Notes: generated by a model not told the origin, from the letters alone. A DNA stretch of 64,000 nt from Eledone cirrhosa (GCA_964016885.1 OZ024740.1:441192001-441256000); one strand, 5' to 3'. Positions 14,283 through 27,676 are shown, counted from the first letter of the stretch. Translations and numbers: made by a program.

Positions 14283-15885
14283 AGGCTTAGAATACCCCTC
14301 TTTCAATTGATCTTTTAAAATTATCAACAGATTTTCATTTTTTTATTTAGAAAGAGAGAAATGTAAATAGCTAGATTGTTATACGATGTTTTATGTCAGT
14401 AAGTAGTGGCGGACTGGCCTGGTTGCCAGGTTGCCTAATGGTAGCATTGCAAGAGCCCACAGCATCATTGCAGGGCCCACTATAGTATTTTAGGAGCCAA
14501 TGCTTTGCTTTCAAAAAATACCTGAAATCTAAGATAAAGAATAAGGTTTTAAAACAATAAATAAAACAATTAAGGAAAGCATTTGGTCAACCAAATACCC
14601 CAGGGTATTACTGGAATCCAAATATACCATAGTGCAAGTAGCTGGAATCAAGGTTTGTACATTCTACTAAATCTAAAGCTTAATGTATTCATTCATGCAG
14701 GCAAACATACATATATAGACACACACACACAAGCATATGTATATATATATTTATATACTTACACACGAAATACTAACTAAATAATATTTGGTATCAATGG
14801 GTTAAAGACATCTGTCAAATCAATTAGTGATGATGGAGGGGGAGAAATTAGGTGGAACAGAAATGAAACATGGATTACAGGTTAAAATATAGTCTAGATA
14901 GATGAGAAACAAAACGAGGATGTAGTTTTTGGAACACCCAAATGATTTAGAGGTCGACCTTAAGTAGGAGCAATAACATTAAGAAAGTCATGAACGAAAC
15001 CACAACACTTCGGTTTGAACATTTTAAAAGTAGGTTTATAAGTATGAATTTTCGTAAGATATTCGTAGTTGTCTCTGTGGCCTAGCGGTAAGTACTAGAG
15101 ACCGTAGAGATCCTGTCCTTGGGTTCAATCCTGGTCAAGAGTTACATGTATTCTTTTTTCAGTATTTATTTTACAACCCATAGAAACTATAAACTGAAAA
15201 GGTTTACGGAGAACACTACTCCCGACCTGTACAATCATCAGGTAACGAACTATGTGACATTTGGTGCCACCAGAAAAGATGGTGTAATGGTATTATCTTA
15301 CTCTTATTATTCATTAACAAATAACTGTTCTCCTTAGTAGAGCTCTTAATTTCTTCCTGAAATGTCTGCCAGAGATCTAGAAATTCCAATATTCTGTTAT
15401 ACACATCTCACTAAGTAGAATGGTAAGATCAATGTCGTCTGATTATAGTTTTGAGATGTGATAAATCTAAAAATCAGAACACTAATTCTTCGTTGGTACT
15501 ACTGTGATGAGGTAATGACGCTGAATGGATAACTAGCGGGTATATATAGACACATCAGGAAATCACAATTAAATCTAGTGTATCACGTGATACGTCATAT
15601 GCTGCAAATATCACAACGAGATCTAACAACGAGAAAGATAAAATGGAGAATATAAAACCAAAATGGAAGACGGGATAAATGTGTAAAATTCGAGAAATGA
15701 AACAAATATATATCTGTAATAGATAATAGAATTAAATAGCATAATATTATGTTCTATATAACCTGGTAAGATGGATGTTTAATTATAAACTTTAGAGAAA
15801 CTGTAGAAGATGAGAAAAACAACATTCTATATCTGAGTTGGAAAGTTGATATTTCATTTGTAAATAAAAAAAATAAAACATACGT

Positions 15886-15967
15886 CGCTGCGGGAAGGAT
15901 TCGAACCTGCGCGGGTAACACCCATTGGATTTCAAGTCCAACGCCTTAACCACTCGGCCACCACAGC
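15886..15967 (-). tRNA. tRNA-Ser(UGA), unit 10, T-stem variant
   Basis: T-stem 3' strand CCTGC>CCTTC (position 15895). Confidence 0.88.
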
Positions 15968-17570
15968 AGGCTTAGAATACCCCTCTTTCAATTGATCTTT
16001 TAAAATTATCAACAGATTTTCATTTTTTTATTTAGAAAGAGAGAAATGTAAATAGCTAGATTGTTATACGATGTTTTATGTCAGTAAGTAGTGGCGGACT
16101 GGCCTGGTTGCCAGGTTGCCTAATGGTAGCATTGCAAGAGCCCACAGCATCATTGCAGGGCCCACTATAGTATTTTAGGAGCCAATGCTTTGCTTTCAAA
16201 AAATACCTGAAATCTAAGATAAAGAATAAGGTTTTAAAACAATAAATAAAACAATTAAGGAAAGCATTTGGTCAACCAAATACCCCAGGGTATTACTGGA
16301 ATCCAAATATACCATAGTGCAAGTAGCTGGAATCAAGGTTTGTACATTCTACTAAATCTAAAGCTTAATGTATTCATTCATGCAGGCAAACATACATATA
16401 TAGACACACACACACAAGCATATGTATATATATATTTATATACTTACACACGAAATACTAACTAAATAATATTTGGTATCAATGGGTTAAAGACATCTGT
16501 CAAATCAATTAGTGATGATGGAGGGGGAGAAATTAGGTGGAACAGAAATGAAACATGGATTACAGGTTAAAATATAGTCTAGATAGATGAGAAACAAAAC
16601 GAGGATGTAGTTTTTGGAACACCCAAATGATTTAGAGGTCGACCTTAAGTAGGAGCAATAACATTAAGAAAGTCATGAACGAAACCACAACACTTCGGTT
16701 TGAACATTTTAAAAGTAGGTTTATAAGTATGAATTTTCGTAAGATATTCGTAGTTGTCTCTGTGGCCTAGCGGTAAGTACTAGAGACCGTAGAGATCCTG
16801 TCCTTGGGTTCAATCCTGGTCAAGAGTTACATGTATTCTTTTTTCAGTATTTATTTTACAACCCATAGAAACTATAAACTGAAAAGGTTTACGGAGAACA
16901 CTACTCCCGACCTGTACAATCATCAGGTAACGAACTATGTGACATTTGGTGCCACCAGAAAAGATGGTGTAATGGTATTATCTTACTCTTATTATTCATT
17001 AACAAATAACTGTTCTCCTTAGTAGAGCTCTTAATTTCTTCCTGAAATGTCTGCCAGAGATCTAGAAATTCCAATATTCTGTTATACACATCTCACTAAG
17101 TAGAATGGTAAGATCAATGTCGTCTGATTATAGTTTTGAGATGTGATAAATCTAAAAATCAGAACACTAATTCTTCGTTGGTACTACTGTGATGAGGTAA
17201 TGACGCTGAATGGATAACTAGCGGGTATATATAGACACATCAGGAAATCACAATTAAATCTAGTGTATCACGTGATACGTCATATGCTGCAAATATCACA
17301 ACGAGATCTAACAACGAGAAAGATAAAATGGAGAATATAAAACCAAAATGGAAGACGGGATAAATGTGTAAAATTCGAGAAATGAAACAAATATATATCT
17401 GTAATAGATAATAGAATTAAATAGCATAATATTATGTTCTATATAACCTGGTAAGATGGATGTTTAATTATAAACTTTAGAGAAACTGTAGAAGATGAGA
17501 AAAACAACATTCTATATCTGAGTTGGAAAGTTGATATTTCATTTGTAAATAAAAAAAATAAAACATACGT

Positions 17571-17652
17571 CGCTGCGGGAAGGATTCGAACCTGCGCGGG
17601 TAACACCCATTGGATTTCAAGTCCAACGCCTTAACCACTCGGCCACCACAGC
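17571..17652 (-). tRNA. tRNA-Ser(UGA), unit 11, T-stem variant
   Basis: Same T-stem change (position 17580). Confidence 0.88.
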
Positions 17653-19255
17653 AGGCTTAGAATACCCCTCTTTCAATTGATCTTTTAAAATTATCAACAG
17701 ATTTTCATTTTTTTATTTAGAAAGAGAGAAATGTAAATAGCTAGATTGTTATACGATGTTTTATGTCAGTAAGTAGTGGCGGACTGGCCTGGTTGCCAGG
17801 TTGCCTAATGGTAGCATTGCAAGAGCCCACAGCATCATTGCAGGGCCCACTATAGTATTTTAGGAGCCAATGCTTTGCTTTCAAAAAATACCTGAAATCT
17901 AAGATAAAGAATAAGGTTTTAAAACAATAAATAAAACAATTAAGGAAAGCATTTGGTCAACCAAATACCCCAGGGTATTACTGGAATCCAAATATACCAT
18001 AGTGCAAGTAGCTGGAATCAAGGTTTGTACATTCTACTAAATCTAAAGCTTAATGTATTCATTCATGCAGGCAAACATACATATATAGACACACACACAC
18101 AAGCATATGTATATATATATTTATATACTTACACACGAAATACTAACTAAATAATATTTGGTATCAATGGGTTAAAGACATCTGTCAAATCAATTAGTGA
18201 TGATGGAGGGGGAGAAATTAGGTGGAACAGAAATGAAACATGGATTACAGGTTAAAATATAGTCTAGATAGATGAGAAACAAAACGAGGATGTAGTTTTT
18301 GGAACACCCAAATGATTTAGAGGTCGACCTTAAGTAGGAGCAATAACATTAAGAAAGTCATGAACGAAACCACAACACTTCGGTTTGAACATTTTAAAAG
18401 TAGGTTTATAAGTATGAATTTTCGTAAGATATTCGTAGTTGTCTCTGTGGCCTAGCGGTAAGTACTAGAGACCGTAGAGATCCTGTCCTTGGGTTCAATC
18501 CTGGTCAAGAGTTACATGTATTCTTTTTTCAGTATTTATTTTACAACCCATAGAAACTATAAACTGAAAAGGTTTACGGAGAACACTACTCCCGACCTGT
18601 ACAATCATCAGGTAACGAACTATGTGACATTTGGTGCCACCAGAAAAGATGGTGTAATGGTATTATCTTACTCTTATTATTCATTAACAAATAACTGTTC
18701 TCCTTAGTAGAGCTCTTAATTTCTTCCTGAAATGTCTGCCAGAGATCTAGAAATTCCAATATTCTGTTATACACATCTCACTAAGTAGAATGGTAAGATC
18801 AATGTCGTCTGATTATAGTTTTGAGATGTGATAAATCTAAAAATCAGAACACTAATTCTTCGTTGGTACTACTGTGATGAGGTAATGACGCTGAATGGAT
18901 AACTAGCGGGTATATATAGACACATCAGGAAATCACAATTAAATCTAGTGTATCACGTGATACGTCATATGCTGCAAATATCACAACGAGATCTAACAAC
19001 GAGAAAGATAAAATGGAGAATATAAAACCAAAATGGAAGACGGGATAAATGTGTAAAATTCGAGAAATGAAACAAATATATATCTGTAATAGATAATAGA
19101 ATTAAATAGCATAATATTATGTTCTATATAACCTGGTAAGATGGATGTTTAATTATAAACTTTAGAGAAACTGTAGAAGATGAGAAAAACAACATTCTAT
19201 ATCTGAGTTGGAAAGTTGATATTTCATTTGTAAATAAAAAAAATAAAACATACGT

Positions 19256-19337
19256 CGCTGCGGGCAGGATTCGAACCTGCGCGGGTAACACCCATTGGAT
19301 TTCAAGTCCAACGCCTTAACCACTCGGCCACCACAGC
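19256..19337 (-). tRNA. tRNA-Ser(UGA), unit 12
   Basis: Identical to 739-820. Confidence 0.95.
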
Positions 19338-20936
19338 AGGCTTAGAATACCCCGCTTTCAATTGATCTTTTAAAATTATCAACAGATTTTCATTTTTTTA
19401 TTTAGAAAGAGAGAAATGTAAATAGCTAGATTGTTATACGATGTTTTATGTCAGTAAGTAGTGGCGGACTGGCCTGGTTGCCAGGTTGCCTAATGGTAGC
19501 ATTGCAAGAGCCCACAGCATCATTGCAGGGCCCACTATAGTATTTTAGGAGCCAATGCTTTGCTTTCAAAAAATACCTGAAATCTAAGATAAAGAATAAG
19601 GTTTTAAAACAATAAATAAAACAATTAAGGAAAGCATTTGGTCAACCAAATACCCCAGGGTATTACTGGAATCCAAATATACCATAGTGCAAGTAGCTGG
19701 AATCAAGGTTTGTACATTCTACTAAATCTAAAGCTTAATGTATTCATTCATGCAGGCAAACATACATATATAGACACACACAAGCATATGTATATATATA
19801 TTTATATACTTACACACGAAATACTAACTAAATAATATTTGGTATCAATGGGTTAAAGACATCTGTCAAATCAATTAGTGATGATGGAGGGGGAGAAATT
19901 AGGTGGAACAGAAATGAAACATGGATTACAGGTTAAAATATAGTCTAGATAGATGAGAAACAAAACGAGGATGTAGTTTTTGGAACACCCAAATGATTTA
20001 GAGGTCGACCTTAAGTAGGAGCAATAACATTAAGAAAGTCATGAACGAAACCACAACACTTCGGTTTGAACATTTTAAAAGTAGGTTTATAAGTATGAAT
20101 TTTCGTAAGATATTCGTAGTTGTCTCTGTGGCCTAGCGGTAAGTACTAGAGACCGTAGAGATCCTGTCCTTGGGTTCAATCCTGGTCAAGAGTTACATGT
20201 ATTCTTTTTTCAGTATTTATTTTACAACCCATAGAAACTATAAACTGAAAAGGTTTACGGAGAACACTACTCCCGACCTGTACAATCATCAGGTAACGAA
20301 CTATGTGACATTTGGTGCCACCAGAAAAGATGGTGTAATGGTATTATCTTACTCTTATTATTCATTAACAAATAACTGTTCTCCTTAGTAGAGCTCTTAA
20401 TTTCTTCCTGAAATGTCTGCCAGAGATCTAGAAATTCCAATATTCTGTTATACACATCTCACTAAGTAGAATGGTAAGATCAATGTCGTCTGATTATAGT
20501 TTTGAGATGTGATAAATCTAAAAATCAGAACACTAATTCTTCGTTGGTACTACTGTGATGAGGTAATGACGCTGAATGGATAACTAGCGGGTATATATAG
20601 ACACATCAGGAAATCACAATTAAATCTAGTGTATCACGTGATACGTCATATGCTGCAAATATCACAACGAGATCTAACAACGAGAAAGATAAAATGGAGA
20701 ATATAAAACCAAAATGGAAGACGGGATAAATGTGTAAAATTCGAGAAATGAAACAAATATATATCTGTAATAGATAATAGAATTAAATAGCATAATATTA
20801 TGTTCTATATAACCTGGTAAGATGGATGTTTAATTATAAACTTTAGAGAAACTGTAGAAGATGAGAAAAACAACATTCTATATCTGAGTTGGAAAGTTGA
20901 TATTTCATTTGTAAATAAAAAAAATAAAACATACGT

Positions 20937-21018
20937 CGCTGCGGGAAGGATTCGAACCTGCGCGGGTAACACCCATTGGATTTCAAGTCCAACGCCTTAA
21001 CCACTCGGCCACCACAGC
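20937..21018 (-). tRNA. tRNA-Ser(UGA), unit 13, T-stem variant
   Basis: Same T-stem change (position 20946). Confidence 0.88.
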
Positions 21019-22622
21019 AGGCTTAGAATACCCCTCTTTCAATTGATCTTTTAAAATTATCAACAGATTTTCATTTTTTTATTTAGAAAGAGAGAAATGT
21101 AAATAGCTAGATTGTTATACGATGTTTTATGTCAGTAAGTAGTGGCGGACTGGCCTGGTTGCCAGGTTGCCTAATGGTAGCATTGCAAGAGCCCACAGCA
21201 TCATTGCAGGGCCCACTATAGTATTTTAGGAGCCAATGCTTTGCTTTCAAAAAATACCTGAAATCTAAGATAAAGAATAAGGTTTTAAAACAATAAATAA
21301 AACAATTAAGGAAAGCATTTGGTCAACCAAATACCCCAGGGTATTACTGGAATCCAAATATACCATAGTGCAAGTAGCTGGAATCAAGGTTTGTACATTC
21401 TACTAAATCTAAAGCTTAATGTATTCATTCATGCAGGCAAACATACATATATAGACACACACACACAAGCATATGTATATATATATTTATATACTTACAC
21501 ACGAAATACTAACTAAATAATATTTGGTATCAATGGGTTAAAGACATCTGTCAAATCAATTAGTGATGATGGAGGGGGAGAAATTAGGTGGAACAGAAAT
21601 GAAACATGGATTACAGGTTAAAATATAGTCTAGATAGATGAGAAACAAAACGAGGATGTAGTTTTTGGAACACCCAAATGATTTAGAGGTCGACCTTAAG
21701 TAGGAGCAATAACATTAAGAAAGTCATGAACGAAACCACAACACTTCGGTTTGAACATTTTAAAAGTAGGTTTATAAGTATGAATTTTCGTAAGATATTC
21801 GTAGTTGTCTCTGTGGCCTAGCGGTAAGTACTAGAGACCGTAGAGATCCTGTCCTTGGGTTCAATCCTGGTCAAGAGTTACATGTATTCTTTTTTCAGTA
21901 TTTATTTTACAACCCATAGAAACTATAAACTGAAAAGGTTTACGGAGAACACTACTCCCGACCTGTACAATCATCAGGTAACGAACTATGTGACATTTGG
22001 TGCCACCAGAAAAGATGGTGTAATGGTATTATCTTACTCTTATTATTCATTAACAAATAACTGTTCTCCTTAGTAGAGCTCTTAATTTCTTCCTGAAATG
22101 TCTGCCAGAGATCTAGAAATTCCAATATTCTGTTATACACATCTCACTAAGTAGAATGGTAAGATCAATGTCGTCTGATTATAGTTTTGAGATGTGATAA
22201 ATCTAAAAATCAGAACACTAATTCTTCGTTGGTACTACTGTGATGAGGTAATGACGCTGAATGGATAACTAGCGGGTATATATAGACACATCAGGAAATC
22301 ACAATTAAATCTAGTGTATCACGTGATACGTCATATGCTGCAAATATCACAACGAGATCTAACAACGAGAAAGATAAAATGGAGAATATAAAACCAAAAT
22401 GGAAGACGGGATAAATGTGTAAAATTCGAGAAATGAAACAAATATATATCTGTAATAGATAATAGAATTAAATAGCATAATATTATGTTCTATATAACCT
22501 GGTAAGATGGATGTTTAATTATAAACTTTAGAGAAACTGTAGAAGATGAGAAAAACAACATTCTATATCTGAGTTGGAAAGTTGATATTTCATTTGTAAA
22601 TAAAAAAAAATAAAACATACGT

Positions 22623-22704
22623 CGCTGCGGGCAGGATTCGAACCTGCGCGGGTAACACCCATTGGATTTCAAGTCCAACGCCTTAACCACTCGGCCACCA
22701 CAGC
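22623..22704 (-). tRNA. tRNA-Ser(UGA), unit 14
   Basis: Identical to 739-820. Confidence 0.95.
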
Positions 22705-24287
22705 AGGCTTAGAATACCCCGCTTTCAATTGATCTTTTAAAATTATCAACAGATTTTCATTTTTTTATTTAGAAAGAGAGAAATGTAAATAGCTAGATTG
22801 TTATACGATGTTTTATGTCAGTAAGTAGTGGCGGACTGGCCTGGTTGCCAGGTTGCCTAATGGTAGCATTGCAAGAGCCCACAGCATCATTGCAGGAGCC
22901 AATGCTTTGCTTTCAAAAAATACCTGAAATCTAAGATAAAGAATAAGGTTTTAAAACAATAAATAAAACAATTAAGGAAAGCATTTGGTCAACCAAATAC
23001 CCCAGGGTATTACTGGAATCCAAATATACCATAGTGCAAGTAGCTGGAATCAAGGTTTGTACATTCTACTAAATCTAAAGCTTAATGTATTCATTCATGC
23101 AGGCAAACATACATATATAGACACACACACACAAGCATATGTATATATATATTTATATACTTGCACACGAAATACTAACTAAATAATATTTGGTATCAAT
23201 GGGTTAAAGACATCTGTCAAATCAATTAGTGATGATGGAGGGGGAGAAATTAGGTGGAACAGAAATGAAACATGGATTACAGGTTAAAATATAGTCTAGA
23301 TAGATGAGAAACAAAACGAGGATGTAGTTTTTGGAACACCCAAATGATTTAGAGTTCGACCTTAAGTAGGAGCAATAACATTAAGAAAGTCATGAACGAA
23401 ACCACAACACTTCGGTTTGAACATTTTAAAAGTAGGTTTATAAGTATGAATTTTCGTAAGATATTCGTAGTTGTCTCTGTGGCCTAGCGGTAAGTACTAG
23501 AGACCGTAGAGATCCTGTCCTTGGGTTCAATCCTGGTCAAGAGTTACATGTATTCTTTTTTCAGTATTTATTTTACAACCCATAGAAACTATAAACTGAA
23601 AAGGTTTACGGAGAACACTACTCCCGACCTGTACAATCATCAGGTAACGAACTATGTGACATTTGGTGCCATCAGAAAAGATGGTGTAATGGTATTATCT
23701 TACTCTTATTATTCATTAACAAATAACTGTTCTCCTTAGTAGAGCTCTTAATTTCTTCCTGAAATGTCTGCCAGAGATCTAGAAATTCCAATATTCTGTT
23801 ATACACATCTCACTAAGTAGAATGGTAAGATCAATGTCGTCTGATTATAGTTTTGAGATGTGATAAATCTAAAAATCAGAACACTAATTCTTCGTTGGTA
23901 CTACTGTGATGAGGTAATGACGCTGAATGGATAACTAGCGGGTATATATAGACACATCAGGAAATCACAACTAAATCTAGTGTATCACGTGATACGTCAT
24001 ATGCTGCAAATATCACAACAAGATCTAACAACGAGAAAGATAAAATGGAGAATATAAAACCAAAATGGAAGACGGGATAAATGTGTAAAATTCGAGAAAT
24101 GAAACAAATATATATCTGTAGTAGATAATAGAATTAAATAGCATAATATTATGTTCTATATAACCTGGTAAGATGGATTTTTAATTATAAACTTTAGAGA
24201 AACTGTAGAAGATGAGAAAAACAACATTCTAGATCTGAGTTGGAAAGTTGATATTTCATTTGTAAATAAAAAAAATAAAACATACGT

Positions 24288-24369
24288 CGCTGCGGGCAGG
24301 ATTCGAACCTGCGCGGGTAACACCCATTGGATTTCAAGTCCAACGCCTTAACCACTCGGCCACCACAGC
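24288..24369 (-). tRNA. tRNA-Ser(UGA), unit 15
   Basis: Identical to 739-820. Confidence 0.95.
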
Positions 24370-25973
24370 AGGCTTAGAATACCCGTCTTTCAATTGATCT
24401 TTTAAAATTATCAACAGATTTTCATTTTTTTATTTAGAAAGAGAGAAATGTAAATAGCTAGATTGTTATACGATGTTTTATGTCAGTAAGTAGTGGCGGA
24501 CTGGCCTGGTTGCCAGGTTGCCTAATGGTAGCATTGCAAGAGCCCACAGCATCATTGCAGGGCCCACTATAGTATTTTAGGAGCCAATGCTTTGCTTTCA
24601 AAAAATACCTGAAATCTAAGATAAAGAATAAGGTTTTAAAACAATAAATAAAACAATTAAGGAAAGCATTTGGTCAACCAAATACCCCAGGGTATTACTG
24701 GAATCCAAATATACCATAGTGCAAGTAGCTGGAATCAAGGTTTGTACATTCTACTAAATCTAAAGCTTAATGTATTCATTCATGCAGGCAAACATACATA
24801 TATAGACACACACACACAAGCATATGTATATATATATTTATATACTTACACACGAAATACTAACTAAATAATATTTGGTATCAATGGGTTAAAGACATCT
24901 GTCAAATCAATTAGTGATGATGGAGGGGGAGAAATTAGGTGGAACAGAAATGAAACATGGATTACAGGTTAAAATATAGTCTAGATAGATGAGAAACAAA
25001 ACGAGGATGTAGTTTTTGGAACACCCAAATGATTTAGAGGTCGACCTTAAGTAGGAGCAATAACATTAAGAAAGTCATGAACGAAACCACAACACTTCGG
25101 TTTGAACATTTTAAAAGTAGGTTTATAAGTATGAATTTTCGTAAGATATTCGTAGTTGTCTCTGTGGCCTAGCGGTAAGTACTAGAGACCGTAGAGATCC
25201 TGTCCTTGGGTTCAATCCTGGTCAAGAGTTACATGTATTCTTTTTTCAGTATTTATTTTACAACCCATAGAAACTATAAACTGAAAAGGTTTACGGAGAA
25301 CACTACTCCCGACCTGTACAATCATCAGGTAACGAACTATGTGACATTTGGTGCCACCAGAAAAGATGGTGTAATGGTATTATCTTACTCTTATTATTCA
25401 TTAACAAATAACTGTTCTCCTTAGTAGAGCTCATAATTTCTTCCTGAAATGTCTGCCAGAGATCTAGAAATTCCAATATTCTGTTATACACATCTCACTA
25501 AGTAGAATGGTAAGATCAATGTCGTCTGATTATAGTTTTGAGATGTGATAAATCTAAAAATCAGAACACCAATACTTCGTTGGTACTACTGTGATGAGGT
25601 AATGACGCTGAATAGATAACTAGCGGGTATATAAAGACACATCAGGAAATCACAACTAAATCTAGTGTATCACGTGATACGTCATATGCTGCAAATATCA
25701 CAACGAGATCTAACAACGAGAAAGATAAAATGGAGAATATAAAAAGAAAATGGAAGACGGGATAAATGTGTAAAAGTCAAGAAATGAAACAAATATATAT
25801 CTGTAATAGATAATAGAATTAAATAGCATAATATTATGTTCTATATAACCTGGTAAGATGGATGTTTAATTATAAACTTTAGAGAAACTGTAGAAGATGA
25901 GAAAAACAACATTCTATATCTGAGTTGGAAAGTTGATATTTCATTTGTAAATAAAAAAAAATAAAACATACGT

Positions 25974-26055
25974 CGCTGCGGGCAGGATTCGAACCTGCGC
26001 GGGTAACACCCATTGGATTTCAAGTCCAACGCCTTAACCACTCGGCCACCACAGC
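25974..26055 (-). tRNA. tRNA-Ser(UGA), unit 16
   Basis: Identical to 739-820. Confidence 0.95.
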
Positions 26056-26679
26056 AGGCTTAGAATACACGTCTTTCAATTGATCTTTTAAAATTATCAG
26101 CAGTTTTTCATTTTTTTATTTAGAAAGAGAGAAATGTAAATAGCTAGATTGTTATACGATGTTTTATGTCAGTAAGTAGTGGCGGACTGGCCTGGTTGCC
26201 AGGTTGCCTAATGGTAGCATTGCAAGAGCCCACAGCATCATTGCAGGGCCCACTATAGTCTTTTAGGAGCCAATGCTTTGCTTTCAAAAAATACCTGAAT
26301 TCTAAGATAAAGGATAAGGTTTTAAAACAATAAATAAAACAATTAAGGAAAGCATTTGGTCAACCAAATTCCCCAGGGTATTACTGGAAACCAAATATAC
26401 CATAGTGCAAATAGCTGGAATCAAGGTTTGTACATTCTACTAAATCTAAAGCTTAGTGTATTCATTCATGCAGGCAAACATACATATATAGACACACACA
26501 CACAAGCATATGTATATATATATGTATATACTTACACGCGAAATACTAACTAAATAATATTTGGTATCAATGGGTTAAAGACATCTGTCAAATCAATTAG
26601 TGATGATGGAGGGGGAGAAATTAGGTGGAACAGAAATGAAACATGGATTACAGGTTAAAATATAGTCTAGATAGATGAG

Positions 26680-27230
26680 AAACAAAACGAGGATGTAGTT
26701 TTTGGAACACCCAAATGATTTAGAGTTCGACCTTAAGTAGGAGCAATAACATTAAGAAAGTCATGAACGAAACCACAACACTTCGGTTTGAACATTTTAA
26801 AAGTAGGTTTATAAGTATGAATTTTCGTAAGATATTCGTAGTTGTCTCTGTGGCCTAGCGGTAAGTACTAGAGACCGTAGAGATCCTGTCCTTGGGTTCA
26901 ATCCTCGTCAAGAATTACATGTATTCTTTTTTCACTTTTTATTTTACAACCCATAGAAAAAAAACTGAAAGGATTTACGGAGAACACTACTCCCGACCTG
27001 GATTGAACTTCAGACCCGGAACACCATCGTCTATGATTCCCCCAACTATGCCACTGAGACAGCTACAAAAGTATAATGAAAATTGATAATTATAAAACTA
27101 CTTTCAAAATCAAAGTTAAAAAGATGTGGTGTGTTTCATGGCTTTCCTAGAGTTATTAGTAATATTTAGGATCGACTTCTGGTCATTATTGAAAGTCTCT
27201 TGATTTCGCAAAATACATATCTTTTATTGG
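26680..27230. repeat. Long imperfect palindrome (arms ~270 bp, centre near 26952) containing two convergent tRNA-like elements
   Basis: Left arm ATTTTAAAAGTAGGTTTATAAGTATGAATTTTCG...GTAGTTGTCTCTGTGGC matches the reverse complement of the right arm ATTTTGAAAGTAGTTTTATAATTATCAATTTTCA...GTAGCTGTCTCAGTGGC. AGAGGTCGACCTTAA likewise matches AGAAGTCGATCCTAA. Confidence 0.8.
26989..27060 (-). pseudogene. Degenerate tRNA-like element, inverted partner of the 26844-26915 copy
   Basis: Reverse complement GTCTCAGTGGCATAGTTGG...AGTTCAATCCAGGTCGGGAGT aligns without gaps to the + strand element. Confidence 0.65.
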
Positions 27231-27676
27231 AGAAGGTGAGATATTTTTCCGCAAAAATTTGATTGCACTGTTTTGTTTCCGCTTATGTATTTTAGAAAAT
27301 GTTATTTATCATAATCTATAAAGCTCAGTGTGTGGTCAAGCTCCTTCGTTATAGAAATCTATGATATAGAATTTCTTCAATTGAAATTTACTAGTCAGAA
27401 CCTGAAATAGTTTCGATTGCGTCTTGACGCAGATAATTTTTTCAATTTCACCCACAATTTCGCAAAAGATAGATAAAACTCAATATTTTACGATTTTTCT
27501 CTGTCAATTAAACTGCTAAACTCTTTCCACTACCATTCAAAATCTATACAACTTTATACTTTCTGCTACTTTCTCTTTTCAAGCTTGATGGTGATACTGT
27601 CCGTTTTACTCTATAATATCACCTGCGTACCTCCTCTATCTACAACCCACACATTTTGCTACTTTCTCTTTTATAC

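Larger units (their letters stand above)
1..27000. repeat. Tandem array of ~1.68-kb units (16 complete units, 84-27000, plus a partial unit at the left edge), each carrying tRNA-Ser(UGA)
   Basis: The same sequence recurs with periods of 1666-1690 bp (marker ORF starts 1121, 2806, 4487 ... 26356). The unit junction is CCCGACCTG|TACAATC. The last unit ends at 27000, where CCCGACCTG is followed by GATTGAAC instead. Confidence 0.98.

Noticed and set aside
1-27000. CRISPR array or rDNA/5S array interpretation
   Set aside because: No short repeats with unique spacers, no cas genes and no rRNA-like sequence; units are 1.68-kb near-identical copies.
70-27086. Repeated 62-72 aa ORFs (MVNQ..., MGSI..., MYNR..., MVKALD...) in each array unit
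   Set aside because: Non-ATG starts, no recognisable domain, overlap tRNA or microsatellite sequence, and are altered by unit indels; their recurrence only reflects DNA repetition.
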